Below, in pieces: positions 12,722-26,639 of a stretch of DNA of 64,000 nucleotides; position 1 is the first letter of the stretch, and the number at the start of each line of letters is the position of its first letter. The translations under genes and the position numbers were made by a program. Under the pieces are notes generated by a model. That model saw nothing but the letters and a program-made list of their open reading frames with translations, was not told the DNA's origin and did no database searches. This DNA comes from Squalus acanthias (taxonomy: Eukaryota), in the NCBI GenBank assembly GCA_030390025.1, contig CM059431.1, forward strand, positions 125,676,001 to 125,740,000, in the 5' to 3' direction.

Positions 12722-15438
12722 GGGGCGATTTTCCCCAGATACTTTAGGCTCTAAAGAGTCTCCGAGAAGGCCAAGATGTGGTAATGTGCTGAACCGCCGG
12801 TTTAGCCCGTATTTATTGCAAGATGCCATCCTGGTAAAGGAGTTGAAGCGCTCGCCAGGTATGGCTGCCTGGAGGATCATTACTTAAACTGCCTGCTAGC
12901 GCGCAGTAAAGAGGTTGCATGGCATTTTGGTGGATAGCGCTTGGCCTAACCCCTCTCCTAGCAGCAACCAGCTGAATAGAAGTAAACAGGTTGTTACTGA
13001 GGATTTCGAGCGTTACTTCAAGTCATACTCAGCTTTCACTGTTCACTTGCTGCTGGAGGTTTGAAGTGGACTTTTGAGACACATCGGGAGACTTTCTGGG
13101 ACACTTTATGTCAGGGAGGAGGAGTGTGAAATATTAGATGAAATAAACATAGTGAGAGAGGAAGCATTAAGAGGTTTAACAGCTTTAAAAGTGGATAAAT
13201 CCCCAGGCCCGGATGAAATGTATCCCAGGCTGTTAAGCGAAGCAAAAGAGGAAATAGCAGAGGCCCTGACCATCATTTTCCAATCCTCTCTGTCTTCAGG
13301 TATGGTGCTGGAGGACTGGAGGACTGCTAATGTGGTACACTTGTTTAAAAAGGGAGCAAAGGATAGACCGAGTAATTTCAGGCCAGTCAGCCTAACCTCG
13401 GTGGTGGGAAAATTATTGGAAAGAATTCTGAAGGACAGGATAAATCTTCATTTAGAAAGACAAGGATTAATCAAGGATAGTCAGCACGGAATTGTTAAGG
13501 GAAGGTCGTGTCTGACAAACTTGATTGAATTTTTTGAGGAGGTAACAAGGAGGGTAGATGAGGGTAGTGCTTTTGATGTAGTGTATATGGACTTTAGCAA
13601 GGCTTTTGATAAGGTTCCACATGGCAGACTGGTCACAAAGTTAAAAGCCCATGGGATCCAGGGCAAAGTGTCAAGTTGGATTCAAAACTGGCTCGGAGGC
13701 AGTAAGCAGAGGGTAATGGTTGATGGGTGTGTTTGTGACTGGAAGGCTGTTTCCAGTGGGGTTCCGCAGGGCTCAGTACTAGGTCCCTTGCTTTTTGTGG
13801 TATATATCAATGATCTAGACTTGAAAATAGGGGTATGATTAAGAAGTTTGCAGATGATACTAAAATCGGCTGTGTGGTTGATACTGAAGAAGGAAGCTGT
13901 AGACTGCAGGAAGATATCAATAAATTGGTCAGGTGGGCAGAACAGTGGCAAATGGAATTCAATCTGGAGAAGTGTGAGGTAATGCATTTGGGGAGGGCTA
14001 ACAAGGAAAGGGAATACACATTAAATGGTAGGACACTGAGTAGTGTAGAGGAACAAAGGGACCTTGGAGTGCATGTCCACAGATCCCTGAAGGTAGCAGG
14101 CCAGGCAGATAAGGTGGTTAAGAAGGCATACGGAATGCTTGCCTTTATTAGCCATTGCATAGAATACAAGAGCAGGGGGGTTATGCTTCAACTGTATAAA
14201 ACACTAGTTAGGCCTCAGCTAGAGTACTGCGTGCAGTTCTGGTCACCACATTACAGGAAAGATGTGATTGCACTAGAGAGGGTACAGAGGAGATTTACAA
14301 GGATGTCGCCGGGAGTAGAGAATTTTAGCTATGAGGAAAGACTGGATAGGCTGGGTTTGTTTTCCTTGGAACAGAGGAGGCTGAGGGGAGACCTTATTGA
14401 GGTGTATAAAATTATGAGGGGCCGAGATAAAGTGGATAGAAAGGACCTATTTTCCTTAGCAGAGGGGTCAACAGCCAGGGGGCACAGATTTAAAGTAATC
14501 GGCGGAAGGTTTAGAGGGGATTTGAGGGAAAATTTCTTCACCCAGAGGGTTGTGGGGCTCTGGAACTCACTGCCTGAAAGGGTGGTAGAGGCAGAAACCC
14601 TAACCACATTTAAAAGTGCTTGGATGTGCACTTGCGATGCTGTAACCTGCAGGGCTACGGACCAAGAGCTGGGAAGTGGGATTAGGCTGGATAGGTCTTT
14701 GTTGGCCGGCGCGGACACGATGGCCCGAAATGGCCTACTTCCATGCTGTAACTTTCTATGATTCTATGATTCTATGATTTATCAAGACTTCACCAACACT
14801 CTATCAACAGTTATTCCGAAAATTCTCCGAGGACTTCACCTAAAAAGGGTAAATGTTTTGCTACTCTACCTTATTGGACACCTTATAAGAGTCACCAGGA
14901 GAAGGGAATGCTTGGTCACGGGCATCCTGCTGGTGGTCTCCCTGGGACCCCTTGGTCTGTAGGAGGAATGGGAGGAGGCGATGAGGCCAGGCAGAGCAGC
15001 ACCAGCTGATGTCGGAGAGAGGGACAGGAGGACGAGGGCAAGGTGGACGCCTTCCCCCCTGTGAGTAGAGGACATCCCTCCTCCTCTGGACATCCTCCAG
15101 CAAGACCTTGCATGCCACGTCCGAGAACTTGTACGCCCTCTCCCTCAGTCCCTGAGCCATCCTGAAACGTGCTGTCGTGTGTCAACCAGCGCACTCCACA
15201 CCTTCTGTGGAAGTGGGTGCGTGGAGCCCATATATACCGCTCCATGAAAATTACTTCTAATCAGCACGTGAGTGCTAAACCTGCAGGTGTCTGTTTTGGT
15301 GCCTTCAGGCAAGTTCAAATTATGGTAATCACCAATGAGGCCCAGAATTGCAGCTATAACCAGACTTTCACTCAGGTGTGTCTTATTTGCACAGCACTCA
15401 CTTAGTGCCTGTTTTTACCCTTTCACCAAAATGACCCC
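12722..15438 (-). mobile_element. Non-autonomous Harbinger derivative with a Myb exon-1 remnant (~15160-15050), interrupted by a CR1
   Basis: Termini ggggcgatttt / aaaatgacccc. MAQGLRERAYKFSDVACKVLLEDVQRRRDVLY in ORF 14861-15160. Confidence 0.65.
13105..14780 (+). mobile_element. CR1 LINE, 5'-truncated, RT domain
   Basis: KSPGPD, NFRPVSLTS, DFSKAFDKVPH, GVPQGSVLGP, YINDL / FADD with a frameshift near 13835. 3' tail (TTCTATGA)n. Confidence 0.95.
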
Positions 15439-15806
15439 GAGGATATTTTGAAGAGAACCATGGAATCTAAGCTGTGATGGCCACCTTGGGAGTCAGGGTT
15501 CAGATTGCATTCAACACTGGGAATAACTATAATAAGAGGTGGCGAGGTGATTTTGGTTGCACCGGGAGCCAGTGGTGGCAAGTAGGAATATTAAAAACAC
15601 CTTTAAGAGGCAGAAATAAGTTGTGTATTACATTTAAAAATGATAGCTTTCTAACAAAGACACTTGTTTCATTCCTGTGTGGGAGTCCAAAACTAGAGGT
15701 TATAAATATAAGATAACCTTATTTTTCTCAAATTAAAGAAAAAACACCTTTAGGCCACTAGAGGCAGTGGGAGAGATATAAATTCCATGTTACATTTAAA
15801 CATTAT

Positions 15807-16685
15807 GGGGGAGAAATTCAGTATCGCCCCATTTGGGGCGCAATTATCGACCAGGCGCAAAGTTTAGCGCCTGGCGCTAATTATCGCCTCCGACTGCAAA
15901 CTTGGCTTTTATCGCCCCTGGAGGTGATTTGAGCGCTAAATCAGGCGCTACACACCTGTCTTAAGGCGCAAAGGCCGAGGAGCGAGGCGCTAACTCAGAG
16001 CGCTGGCGAAGCTCATGTGATGTCAGTCAGCAATGGAACACAGACACACTGGCGCTGGCCAGTTCTTAAAGGGGAGGGTTAATCTTGCTCTCCATCCACA
16101 TCCTGCGCATTGCAGCCTTGAATCTCGGTCTGGAGAGACCTGTACATCAAATCTGCTGGAAAGAACAATGGAGAGGCCCAGGGAAAGAGCTCAGAGTGCA
16201 GCTACCACAGTCTCTTCTAAATCGATACAAGGAAGGGCAAATCAAAATGAACCTGCAAAGTGCTGCTCAGTACCCAAAACTGCTTCACACAGCGTTGCAT
16301 CTCTCCAGAAGTCTCTCTCTCTCTCTCAGAATGTGTGGTGCAAAAATGTCACCAACAAAAGAAAGGCAGGAAGCGGTCGCCTTTAAATAGCGCTCCCCCA
16401 GTCTCTTCCTGACTGCAAAACACTCCCCTCCCTGTCGTTGCTAGCGGCAGGCAGTAAGGCAGGGGGCACCACTCAATATCGGGTCCGGGGTGCTACCGGG
16501 GCATTGCGCACTCGACTGACGTCACGATCTGCCGGCGCAGGAGATCGTGGCGGTAGTGTTTAGCGCCGCCGCAAAATGTCTAGTTAATTTCGTGAGCAGC
16601 GCAAACATCACCACGCACGGGTGCTAATTGCTTTGCGCCCCATTAGTGCCCTCTTAAGGCGCAAACAAACTGAATTTTTGCCCCC
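15807..16685 (+). mobile_element. Harbinger-derived MITE, family A, copy 1
   Basis: TIR ggggagaaattcagt / actgaatttttgcccc, TAT flanks. Homologous to 31080-31822 and 39600-40492. Retains a Myb-like start MERPRERA. Confidence 0.85.
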
Positions 16686-16714
16686 TATGACTTTTCAGCA
16701 AGGACATGCGTTTT

Positions 16715-17030
16715 CACTTATGGGGGAGTCCAAAACTAGAGGTCATCAATATAAGATAGTCACTAATAAATCCAATAGGGAATTCAGGATAAGCTTCTTT
16801 AACCAAAGAGTGGTAAGAATGTAGAACTCGCTACCTCAGGAGTAGTTAGGGCAAATAGCATGGATGCATTTAAGGGGAAGTTAGATAAACACATGAGGAG
16901 AAAGGAACAGAAGGATATGCTGATAGGGTTAGATGAAGATGGGTGGGAGGAGGCTTGTGTGGAGCATAAATGCTGGCATGGACCAGTTGAGCCGAATGGC
17001 CTGTTTCTGTGATGTAGACTCAATGTAACT
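16715..17030 (+). mobile_element. CR1 LINE 3' fragment
   Basis: GESKTRGH...FFNQRVVRM, then 3' UTR gccgaatggcctgtttctgtg. Confidence 0.8.
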
Positions 17031-17239
17031 GGATGTAACAGTGCCTAAAGCCACAGGAGTGGATGAAGAGGAGGTAGAGGGAGCAGTCAGCAACACAATA
17101 TTTTATGTTTCATATATGAGCAGATACTTGGAAAGCAGCGAGAACCTAAAAAAGAAGAAATTAAATTTAAAATTTTCCTTTGAAAAGATTGTTTAAAGAA
17201 AAGGATAAAACTTAAAAGTAAAATGCATCTAAAGAAAAG

Positions 17240-17590
17240 CCAAGTTGGTGGTCGAGGTGGCTCCAACAGCACAGGGACTTGCTCTAGAGCCATCCTGTTG
17301 CGCAATAACCGTGACATGCTTACATAGGCAGATGTAGGAAGTTACGCTGGGAAACAGGCTCTTGCTGCTTTACAAGTTCCTATTTCTGCTCAAAAATTAG
17401 AACAAAATTGGGTTCCTGCCTGATCCCTTTATCTCCGCTTTCCCACTCCTGTGATTCTAGGCAGTCTTTGTGACAAAATGGACAATAGGAAGCAAGGTGG
17501 AGCAAACAGGAAATGTGCAAAGATGTAAGATTTTTAATAATACTAGTCAACTTCCATGGTGTTGCACATGGCAAGTCAGAGAATGACACT
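17240..17590 (-). pseudogene. Candidate decayed exon/linker of the RGS22/RGSL1-like gene
   Basis: Non-repeat, protein-like fragments (LPCATPWKLTSIIKNL..., SRLLRNRMALEQVPVLLEPPRPPT) with stops. Weak recalled similarity. Confidence 0.25.
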
Positions 17591-17654
17591 CCCTCACCTC
17601 TCTCGGATGTTGCTGTTTCTCTATCTCTTCTCTCCTCTTCTGCTTCTATTTCTC

Positions 17655-17900
17655 GCAAGGGATTGAAAACAAGGCTGACAGAGTTAAGTTCGAGGCATTG
17701 TGGACCTGAGAACCAAAGTAGGTCAGTGAGCACAGGTGTGATGAGTAAATGGGACTTGCTGCGAGTTCGGATATGGGCAGCAGAGTTTTTGGATGAGCTC
17801 AAGTTTACGAAGGATGCAAGGTGGGAGGCCAGCCAGGAGAGCATTGGAATAGTCGAATCTGGAAGTAACAAAGGCATGGATGCAAATACATGCAAATTGG
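17655..17900 (-). mobile_element. L2 LINE fragment
   Basis: IHAFVTSRFDYSNALLAGLP...KLELIQ, typical of the L2 ORF2 C-terminal region. Confidence 0.8.
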
Positions 17901-18077
17901 GATCCTATGTGGTCATTTGGACCCCAATGACAGTTCATTGAGTGGGGTTCCCATCCACCCCGCTCAGGTGAAAACTGGTCTCCAAGAAGAAGAGATCCTG
18001 CAGGGTAAGTATTGAACTTTCCTTTGTGGAGCCAGAAAAAGCAGGAGTCCTCCTCTGGGCTTCATAAGGAAAGTCTA

Positions 18078-19846
18078 GGGCCGCAAATTTAATAGCACTC
18101 AGAGGACGGGTTTGGAGGCGGGTCCGCTGTCAAAATAGCAAAGATTGACAGCGGGTAGGAAACCCGGTCAACCCGCCTCCACACGAGTCTCCCAGGTGTC
18201 GGGTCTGTCAGCGGAGAACTGACCCGACACCAAGCGGCGGGGGATACAATTCAGCTTGTTAAATGGCTTGTTAAGAGCCAATTTAAGACTATTTTGAGGC
18301 TTCCTTCAAATTTTATGTTCTCCACCACGGGTTACCCGCTGTTTGAGGAACACGTCAGCTCAACCTAGCGTGTTTTGAGTCTGCTCTGATGTTTCTGATA
18401 AGCTGACAGCTGCAGAAATGATGTGAAGGATGCCATGCTGCAGATAGTGAGTTTCAGAGCGCAGAAAATGTTGGTTACTGCATTTATTATACATATAGAG
18501 ATTTCTTTAGCTTACAAGTTTTTAGATCCAAATGTATGTCCAGTGCCACCTCATTGGAACAACCTCTTTCACCATTGACAGATCGCTTCTGTCATCCTGT
18601 CATCGCACCTGCAGCTGCCATCTATTGCAGAAAAATCGGTAACCTTGAAAAAATCAGACCTTGGTCCTCTGAATCCTTCCACGATCAGCCCCAACACCAA
18701 CATCACCAACAACATCACCAACCTTCTCCGCCATCACCTGATGCTGCACTGGGCACAGGGCATCATCCCCTGACAACATTGTTGCCCGGGAGGCCAGCGA
18801 TGGCATCACCATGGCCAGATTTTCTTTACTTGACACTGTAAACCTTGGCTGCCACATGATGTGCCAGGTTGACACAATCCCAGACCAGCACCGTGAAGCA
18901 TCCCTTTAATGTCCAAGCCATTCCATGCACATTCATCACTATAGCAGGGCAGGTGGGGGTGGGGGGGGGGAAGTTATGTCTCAACATTCACTGGAACTCA
19001 GTAAGACACTTCTCAAGGTGCGCACTGATCTGTCCAATAAGGGGCAGTGTAGGAAAAATAGATTGTACTGTATGACAACACATTACCAGAAACTTCACAT
19101 GGACATTGGCTAAACCTCTCAAGTGCCTACCCTTGCGTGCTGTTAGTTGCTATGCTTGCAGTAGGATGAGGGTGAGTGTGAGGGGTGGCTAGTGAGATGG
19201 GGAAGTGATAAAGTAGATAGAGAGGGTTGGGTGGAGTTGCAAGGTAAGTTGGTGTGAGTAAGGATGTGCAGGAGAAGGGTATGGAAGGCAGAGTGATGGG
19301 GATATGTTGAGTGGCACAGCAGGGTGAGTTTGAGTGTGGATTTGCAGTAACATTTTGTGATCCACTGAGATCATTGAAAGGTTGGCACCACTGCAGCCAG
19401 GGACTCCTGATGACATCCCTACTTTTGCCCTCCTGTGCAATGTGCAACCAGGCTGTGTTGGTGTCCTGAGGAGGTCTCGTCTGCCATTGGAAGGGAAGAG
19501 AACCTCCCTGCGTGCTGTGACTCCCTCCATAAGCATATGGAGGGAGTCATTGGAGAGCCTGGGTGCAAGTGTTCACCTTTGTGCAGTGCTTGTCAGTGTT
19601 TGCAGCACCTCAATGCTGTCAAACACTGACAGAACAACTGTCAAACTCCATGTGGATGTGGTCCCTTTAAGGAAACCGGCTGATGATGCGTCATCAAATG
19701 ACGTCATCAGACCCACTGCCTGTTAATTGGCTGGGAAGCCCACAAGGCCAATCAAGGGAAAATCCCATTTACAGAGCAGATGCAGCTGGGAGCGGGAAAC
19801 CAGCTCATCCGCCACCATCCCGCCTCCTCCATTAAATTTGCGGCCT
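18078..19846. mobile_element. Non-autonomous Harbinger (transposase core and Myb exons 2-3 deleted)
   Basis: TIR gggccgcaaatttaat / attaaatttgcggcct. Q/H-rich transposase N-terminus fused to its C-terminal tail (~18680-18830). Myb exon 1 on minus (MLMEGVTARREVLFPSNGRR). Confidence 0.85.
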
Positions 19847-21235
19847 CAGTCTCTGCTGCTCCAGGCTCTTCCCTTCTCACCCACAAGACCCTGTTAACTC
19901 CCTTTGAAACGTACCAGCGGGAAACCTCTGGGCCACCTGATCTTCGCCTGCTGGCCAGCTGCCTCTTTCTGCCCATTTCAGGGATGTAATCGAGGCCTAA
20001 ATAGCCCGGGGAGCAAATTGATGACATCAAGGGGGTTCGATACTCGTCTTGCACCCCACCTACCCAAAAACCCACTTCCAATTAACATCCCTCCCCCAAT
20101 ATCTCCAGATCATTGTCGTAGCACTAATGGTAATTTGAGTCATTTATTATTATTTCAAATAAATTTACAAATAATTCTGAAGGCCTACATGAAGGCTAAT
20201 GTTCTGTTCAAGAGTTAATGAATTAAATCCTTTTAACAGCTATTAAACTAACCAACAGAAGTGCCTGCTGATCTATAAATTGATGACTTTACATGTTTGA
20301 GTTGAACAGTATCTTATAATAACAATGTAATTACTTAGGGAGTTCAGTTATCATTAGCAAGCTGTTGACAGCAGGCTGGAATGCATTCATCATATGGGCC
20401 ACTCGTGTTAAAGGACACAAGTATTGAAGAGCCACCCTGAATACTGCAGAGTGACTCAAGAGGAAAATCAGGAGGATCAATTAAAAAGATGAAGTAACCA
20501 AGGAGCCATGGGTTGAATTATCAGGCCTCCCACTTGATCGGGGGTGGGGGGGGAATGAGTTACCGCCACGCTGCCGCCATGGCTTGGCATTGGCAATGTT
20601 CCGCCAGGCCTACCACTGGGTAGCCAGCTCTGCCCCCTGAGTCAGGCAGTAGGCCCATTTAAAATGCTAATCGAGGTCCTACGGTGTACATAGGTCTCCG
20701 ATTGACATTTTTGTTCTGAGCTGGGCGAAGCATGCATCATTCACATGCCGGGCAATATCAGCTGGTGGCCCAAACAAAGAGGATCCCAAAGGTAAGTTGC
20801 TCTTCATTTTTGGCATGCTGGAAGGAGCGGGATTGCTCCTCCAGTCTGCATAAAACCAGCCTGGGCCGCTGCCGCTCCAGCTACCCCTTCAGAGATCGGG
20901 GCCCCTCCCTTCTTACTTACCTTCGTGTGGCTCGGAGTCTGGCCAGGTGGCCTGATATTATGGAGGACTGAAGCCGGTGGGCTGCCTTGGCGGGTGCCTG
21001 AACTCTGGCCGCAGTCTGCTGACTCAATGCTAATGAGGCCCGCCCCTCAAAATGGACCGGGCATCGCAGCAGGGACCAGCGGGTGGCCGGCCAGTGTGTT
21101 CTCTCGACCAGCCACTTGAAGCCTGTTTGGGGGGAAACATCCGCCCCCATGTGTCTAAATTAAACATTCTTGCGTAACACACAGTTAACTGGCACTGAGT
21201 CGTGCTAAATGTCAGGAGCAGAGGAGAAACTATCT

Positions 21236-22060
21236 ATAGAATCAGAGAATCAGAGCAATTTACAGCACAGAAGGAGGCCATTCGGCCCATTTTGTCCATG
21301 CCGGCCGACAAAGAGCTATCCAGCCTAATCCCACTTTCCAGCTCTTGGTCCGTAGCCCTGTAGGTTACGGCACTTCCAAGTGCATATCCAAGTACTTTTT
21401 AAATGTGATGAGGATTTCTGCCTCTACCCCCTATCCTCTGGGTGAAAAACTTTCTCCTCAACTCCCCTCTAATCCTTCCACCAATTACTTTAAATCTATG
21501 CCTCCTGGTTATTGACCTCTCTGCTAAGGGAAATAGGTCCCTCCTATCTGCTCTATCTAGGCCCCTCATAATTTTATACACCTCAATTAAATCTCCCCTC
21601 AGCCTCCTCTGTTCCAAAGAAAACAACCACAGCCTGATCAATCTTTCCTCATAGCTAAAATTCTCCAGTCCTGGCAACATCCTCGTAAATCTCCTTTGTA
21701 CCCTCTCCAGTGCAATTGCATCTTTCCTGTAATGTGGTGACCAGAACTGTACACAGTACTCTAGCTGTGGCCTAACTGGTGTTTTATACGGTTCTAGCAT
21801 AACCTCCCTGCTCTTATATTCTATGTCTCGGCTAATAAAGGAAAGTATCTCGTATGCCTTCCTAACCACCTTATCTACCTGTCCTGCTACCTTCAGGGAT
21901 CTGTGGACATGCACTCCAAGGTCCCTCTGCTTCACTACACTTCTCAGTGTCGTACCATTTATTGTGTATTCTCTTGCCTTGGTAGCCCTCCACAAATGCA
22001 CTACCTCACACTTCTCTGGATTGAATTTCATTTGCTACGTTTCTGCCCACCTGACCAGGT
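21236..22060 (-). mobile_element. CR1 LINE 3' fragment (same family as 13105-14780)
   Basis: ORF 21399-22031 FNPEKCEVVH...RPQLEYCVQFWSP...RRLRGDLIEVYK, followed by a CR1 tail. Confidence 0.93.
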
Positions 22061-23729
22061 TTTATTAAGTTTTAGCTACAGTTAATAGGAATACACCATT
22101 GATTAATATTGCAAGCATCTACATATTACAGTGTTAAATCAACCCATTAGTCAGAATAATTCTACCACTTTTCCAATGAAAAAGAACTAGATGTTACCAG
22201 GAAGCTCATTAACTTTCTTAATGATTACATTACATTACAAAAATGACAGAAATCAATACCAGTTAAAGACAAAAATGTTCATTTCTAATGCTGAGAATCG
22301 GAGACCATTAATGGAACATGATATAATTCATTAAAAGGAGCATTTCTTTACTAAATTGTGTCCAAATAAGTATCCCTTCTATTTTCTCATCAATTCACCA
22401 GAAAACCTTGTATTTGATTGGCATTAATGGTGTACTTTATTAGTTTTGTACCTTGCCTTCTATTGCATCATTAATTGAAATGTACAACATTTATCATGTG
22501 AACAGCGTACTGAACCACACAGTGAAAACACTTCACATAGGAAATACAAAAAGGAGCTTCTTAGTACACGTGGCGCTTCCTGCTCGGTGGAAATGGGGTG
22601 GTTGCGCCCCGAAAGGCAGGCAATGACCCTACGACTCTCTTGTTGCCGTCAATGTGGCAGCGGCAATGTTATAAGAACATAAGAAATAGGAGCAGGAGTA
22701 GACCAATTGGCCCCTCGAGCCTGCTCCGCCATTCAATAAGATCATGGCTGATCTGTTCCCCTGGGTCTATCGCTTAGTTAGGCGGTAGCCCCATTTAAAA
22801 TGCAAATTGGACTGAATGGTGGAACATGCTCCTTATTCGCCAGTATCAGCATGCAGCCTAGTCACAGAGGATCCTAAAGGTTAATTCTTCAATCTTTCAC
22901 ATAGAATTTACAGCACTTCATCTAACGCTATCAGCATATCCTTCTATTCCTTTCTCCCTCATGTGTTTATCCAGCTGCCCCTTAAATGCATCTATATTAT
23001 TCGCCTCAAATATTCCATGTGGTAGCAAGTTCCACATTCTAACCATTAATGACTATCTTATATTAATGATCCCCTACTTTGGGATTCCACACAATGGAAA
23101 CATCTTCTCTATATCAACCTTATTGAACCGCATCATAATTACAAAGATCTCTATTAGGTCACCTTCAGCTTTTTTGGGTCAAGAGGAACAGGACAAGCCT
23201 GGGCTGCTGACGCTCCAGCTCCCCCCACTCCACCACGTTCAGAAATCAGGCCACCCCCCATTGACCTACCGTCTGAAATTGTGACGACCGTAGGCTGCCC
23301 CAGGGTGCTCGATCTCCAGCGGCAGCCCACCGCCCGAATGTTAATGAGGCTCAGCCAGCGTGTTACATCAGTCAGCTGCCCGAAGTCCACTCAGTGGAAA
23401 ATCCACCTCATGAAGTCAGCCTGCCTTTCTGACCGAATGTGAAGAAAGAAGACTTGCATTTATATCGCGTCTTTCACAACCCAATGTGCTTTTCAAGCAA
23501 TGAAGTACTTTTGAAGTATGGTCACTGTTTTAATGTAGGAATGTAATGTAACTTCTCATAAATACGAACATATGAAAATGAAGAACAGAAAACGACAAAC
23601 TGGTCCATGAAGCCTGTTCTACAGGCTTTCGGTGCAACTTAAGCATACCCTGCACTGCCCTGATATCCAGTATTGGATGATACAATTTCCTCCAGTTAAG
23701 CATTGCAAATATCAAAATCACCATTTTCG

Positions 23730-24332
23730 GCCCCCACCATCCACCTCCATAACATTGCCTGCCTCAAATCCTACCTCACCCCATCTCCTGTTAAAACCCT
23801 CTTTCATGCTTTGTCACCTCCAGACTCGACTATTCTAATGATCTCCTTGCTGACCTTCCATCCTCTGTAGCTTCAGCTCATCCAAAATCTTACTGCCCGT
23901 ATCCTATCCTACACCAACTGCCATTCACCTGTCACTCCTGTCCTCGCTGACATGCATTGGCTCCCAGTCTCCTAACGCTTCCAATTTATAATTCCCATTT
24001 TCATATTTAAATCCCTCATGGAATTGCACTTCCCTATCTCTGTAACCTCCTCCAGTCTCCTCTGACTCTGGCTTCATTTGCATTCCCCCCATCCCTGGCT
24101 CCACCATTGGAAGCCGTGGCATCAGCCATCTAGGCCTTCTGCTTTTCGATTCACTCCTGAAACTTCTCCGCCTCTCCACTTACCTCCCTTCATAAAACCA
24201 ACCTCTTTGACTAAGCTTTTGTTCACACCTCATAATTTCTCCTTCTTTGGCTTGGACATTTTTGTCTCTCTGAAACGCCTTGGGATTTTTTCACCATTAA
24301 ATGTGCTATATAAATGCAAGATATTGCTGTTG
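23730..24332 (+). mobile_element. L2 LINE 3' fragment
   Basis: catgctttgtcacctccagactcgactattctaat (HAFVTSRLDYSN, frameshifted) and 3' end gtgctatataaatgcaag. Confidence 0.75.
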
Positions 24333-24577
24333 TAAAAATGTTATGGTAGTTGCTGCGGTGGGTACTCCATCTTTGGAGGATCCTGCCACTGATAGCTTTG
24401 AAGGTGTGAGCTTGACACAGGTCATTCTTGCATTGAGATATGCTTGTAATAATGCAAGGGTCCACTAGTCTCATGCTAATTCGGCATCCTTCTGTTGACC
24501 CCACTTACTCCAGTGGGGTCAATGCAGGAAGGTCCCAGCAGATGAAAACCCAGCATAAATGTTGGGATCAGGTACAT

Positions 24578-25960
24578 TGTAGGGGGTGGTGGTTTGTGTC
24601 AGCTTCACCTCTGACTTCTGAGCGGTTCGAATCGCTCCCACTCCCTTGGTTCTAGACCCTGGACTTATTTGGGGGTTGTGATGAAAAGTGCAGCAGACAA
24701 CTGGTTTTGATGCAAGAACTTTGATCTTTATTTAAGAAAGTAAAACACAACACAAACACTCGTAACACTCTAAAAGTGGGGAACACTTCGGTACAAGCGA
24801 AGGAAATAACATTAGAAGAATACTTCGCCCCTCCCAATCCCACTTCACTAGCTAGGTTGGGCTCTGGAGAACCAGGGATAATGCTCACCAAATGAATCCT
24901 TGATAGTTGAGAGTTAGGGTTTAGAGTCTTTTGAGTAAAAAGTTTCATAAGGCCCTTGTTGCTGTGAGCTGTCCGATGGTCACTGGAACTGTTGCTCTGG
25001 TTTCTTCTTGCGAGTCGGCCTGCTTCTGGAGCTGTTGGCCTTCTTGTTGAACTGTCCTCTTCAGAGCTGTGGAATTGCCTTCTTGCAGAACTGTGGAACT
25101 GCCTTCTGCAGAACTGCTTGCTGAACTACGTGCTGCTGTGTAACTCTACTGGAGAACTCAAACTTGAACTGTTGTGCTGGAGAACTGGAGAACTCCCTTC
25201 TTACTGAACTGTCTTCTTTAACTGCCCAACTTGCTTCTCCTGAACTCTGTAATTCCAGCACTGACTTCTGCTGAAAACAGGCTTTCAATTGAACTCGAAA
25301 CTGCAGAACTGCCTTCTGTTGAACTTGAACTGTTTTACTGGAGAACTGGCTTCTTGAGAAAACAGCCTTTCAATTATACTAATCGAAGCTTCCTTATCAA
25401 AACCAAATCAAATCCCGGTCATTGTAATATTTTTGGAGGCCTCGTTAACAGTAACGACTTTACTAGTGTGTTAACTGGTTTTGTAAATGTGTGAAGTGGT
25501 TTCAGGATAGCTCCATCCTGACGATCTGTTGTTTAATCGGAGTTTGAATTGTCCTCATGTTTTGGGTTTCTTGACTGGGCCTGGGACTTCTATAGAGTAT
25601 CTGTTTTATGCATGTCTTTAATGGGTTCTGTAAACGGTTTTGATGGGGCCTGTATTTTGGGTGGGACTGTCTTCTCCCAGAGTCTATTGTTCAAATGTTA
25701 ATGTCTGCTGGGGCTTGAGTGGGGTCATCCCGGTTCCCCAGACAGTGTAATTAACTGCAATAGCCAAACTGCTTTTACAGAGGTCGAACCCACCTCCTTG
25801 TCCATTTACAGGCCCAGACATGTTTTTAAAATGCCAAAACTTGTTTTTTTTGGTCTTAAATTCCTTAGGTTAGGCCCAAATGCAGTTTTATCACTCTGAG
25901 GTAGTTCCAATGTCCTTTTTCCTTAGGTTTTGGGGATCTGCAAATTTTGGAAACCTTACA
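24578..25960 (-). mobile_element. Solo LTR (~1383 bp), distant relative of the 10707 and 61237 LTRs
   Basis: TGTA...TACA termini. Minus strand has AATAAA, tggtgagcat and taagtccag.gtctagaacc...gattcgaacc shared with the other two LTRs. No direct TSD. Confidence 0.75.
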
Positions 25961-26639
25961 ATGTGGAATTTTGGCCCCAAGGATATTCTTTGATATGTAA
26001 GATGTACTAAAGCACAAAGTTGGGCAATGGAGAGATTCAGCATGAATTCTGCAGATCAGAAGGAGTAATGTAGAATTATTTAATGGAATGATAATGAGGA
26101 AAGTTTGAAAGAGAAATGAAAAGGCAAAATAAATTCAAATAGCCCATTGCACATGGACTCTTGGTTCTAAGTCCAATGGCTTGTCAGCCACAAGGTGGCA
26201 AAATCCTGAGGACTACTATACTTTTCATACCTGGCCTTTTACATTGTCAACTACACTAGCATTTAAATAATTATAGCTACCTACTGGGTCATTAGGTTTG
26301 TTTTGACAATGTCATTCAAGCAAATAGTAAGTGAATTTTAAATGCCAATGGAAAAAAAAACATTTCCTACACTCTTCACAAAAGTGTCATACACTTTCTA
26401 ATTGTGTGATTAATTGAATAGTCATTGCACCTCTAACAAGTACAAATAACTGAAGTGATAAAGTAATGAGCATATTACTGTATGCAATTTGCATTTTATT
26501 TGCATGAATTTGATAACAAGTGTCATAAATGACTTTTTTATTTAGGTGAGGGGGCATAAATCAACAGAATCGTTAGATAAAGAAAGCACTTTATTACTAA
26601 ATAATAGAAAACTACACACAAACCAGCTGCCCTGGTTTT

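Noticed and set aside
16033..16390. ORFs apparently conserved with 39826-40359
   Set aside because: Similarity reflects repeat copies. Both overlapping frames are equally similar, with no domain beyond the few Myb start codons.
20508..23410. Additional GC-rich MITE-like segments (about 20508-21150, 22570-23410; also 4590-4960)
   Set aside because: Probably repeats, but termini and TSDs could not be defined well enough to call.
24980..25350. CRISPR-like repeat-spacer array
   Set aside because: Units are short, degenerate and irregularly spaced, inside an LTR in eukaryotic DNA with no cas genes.
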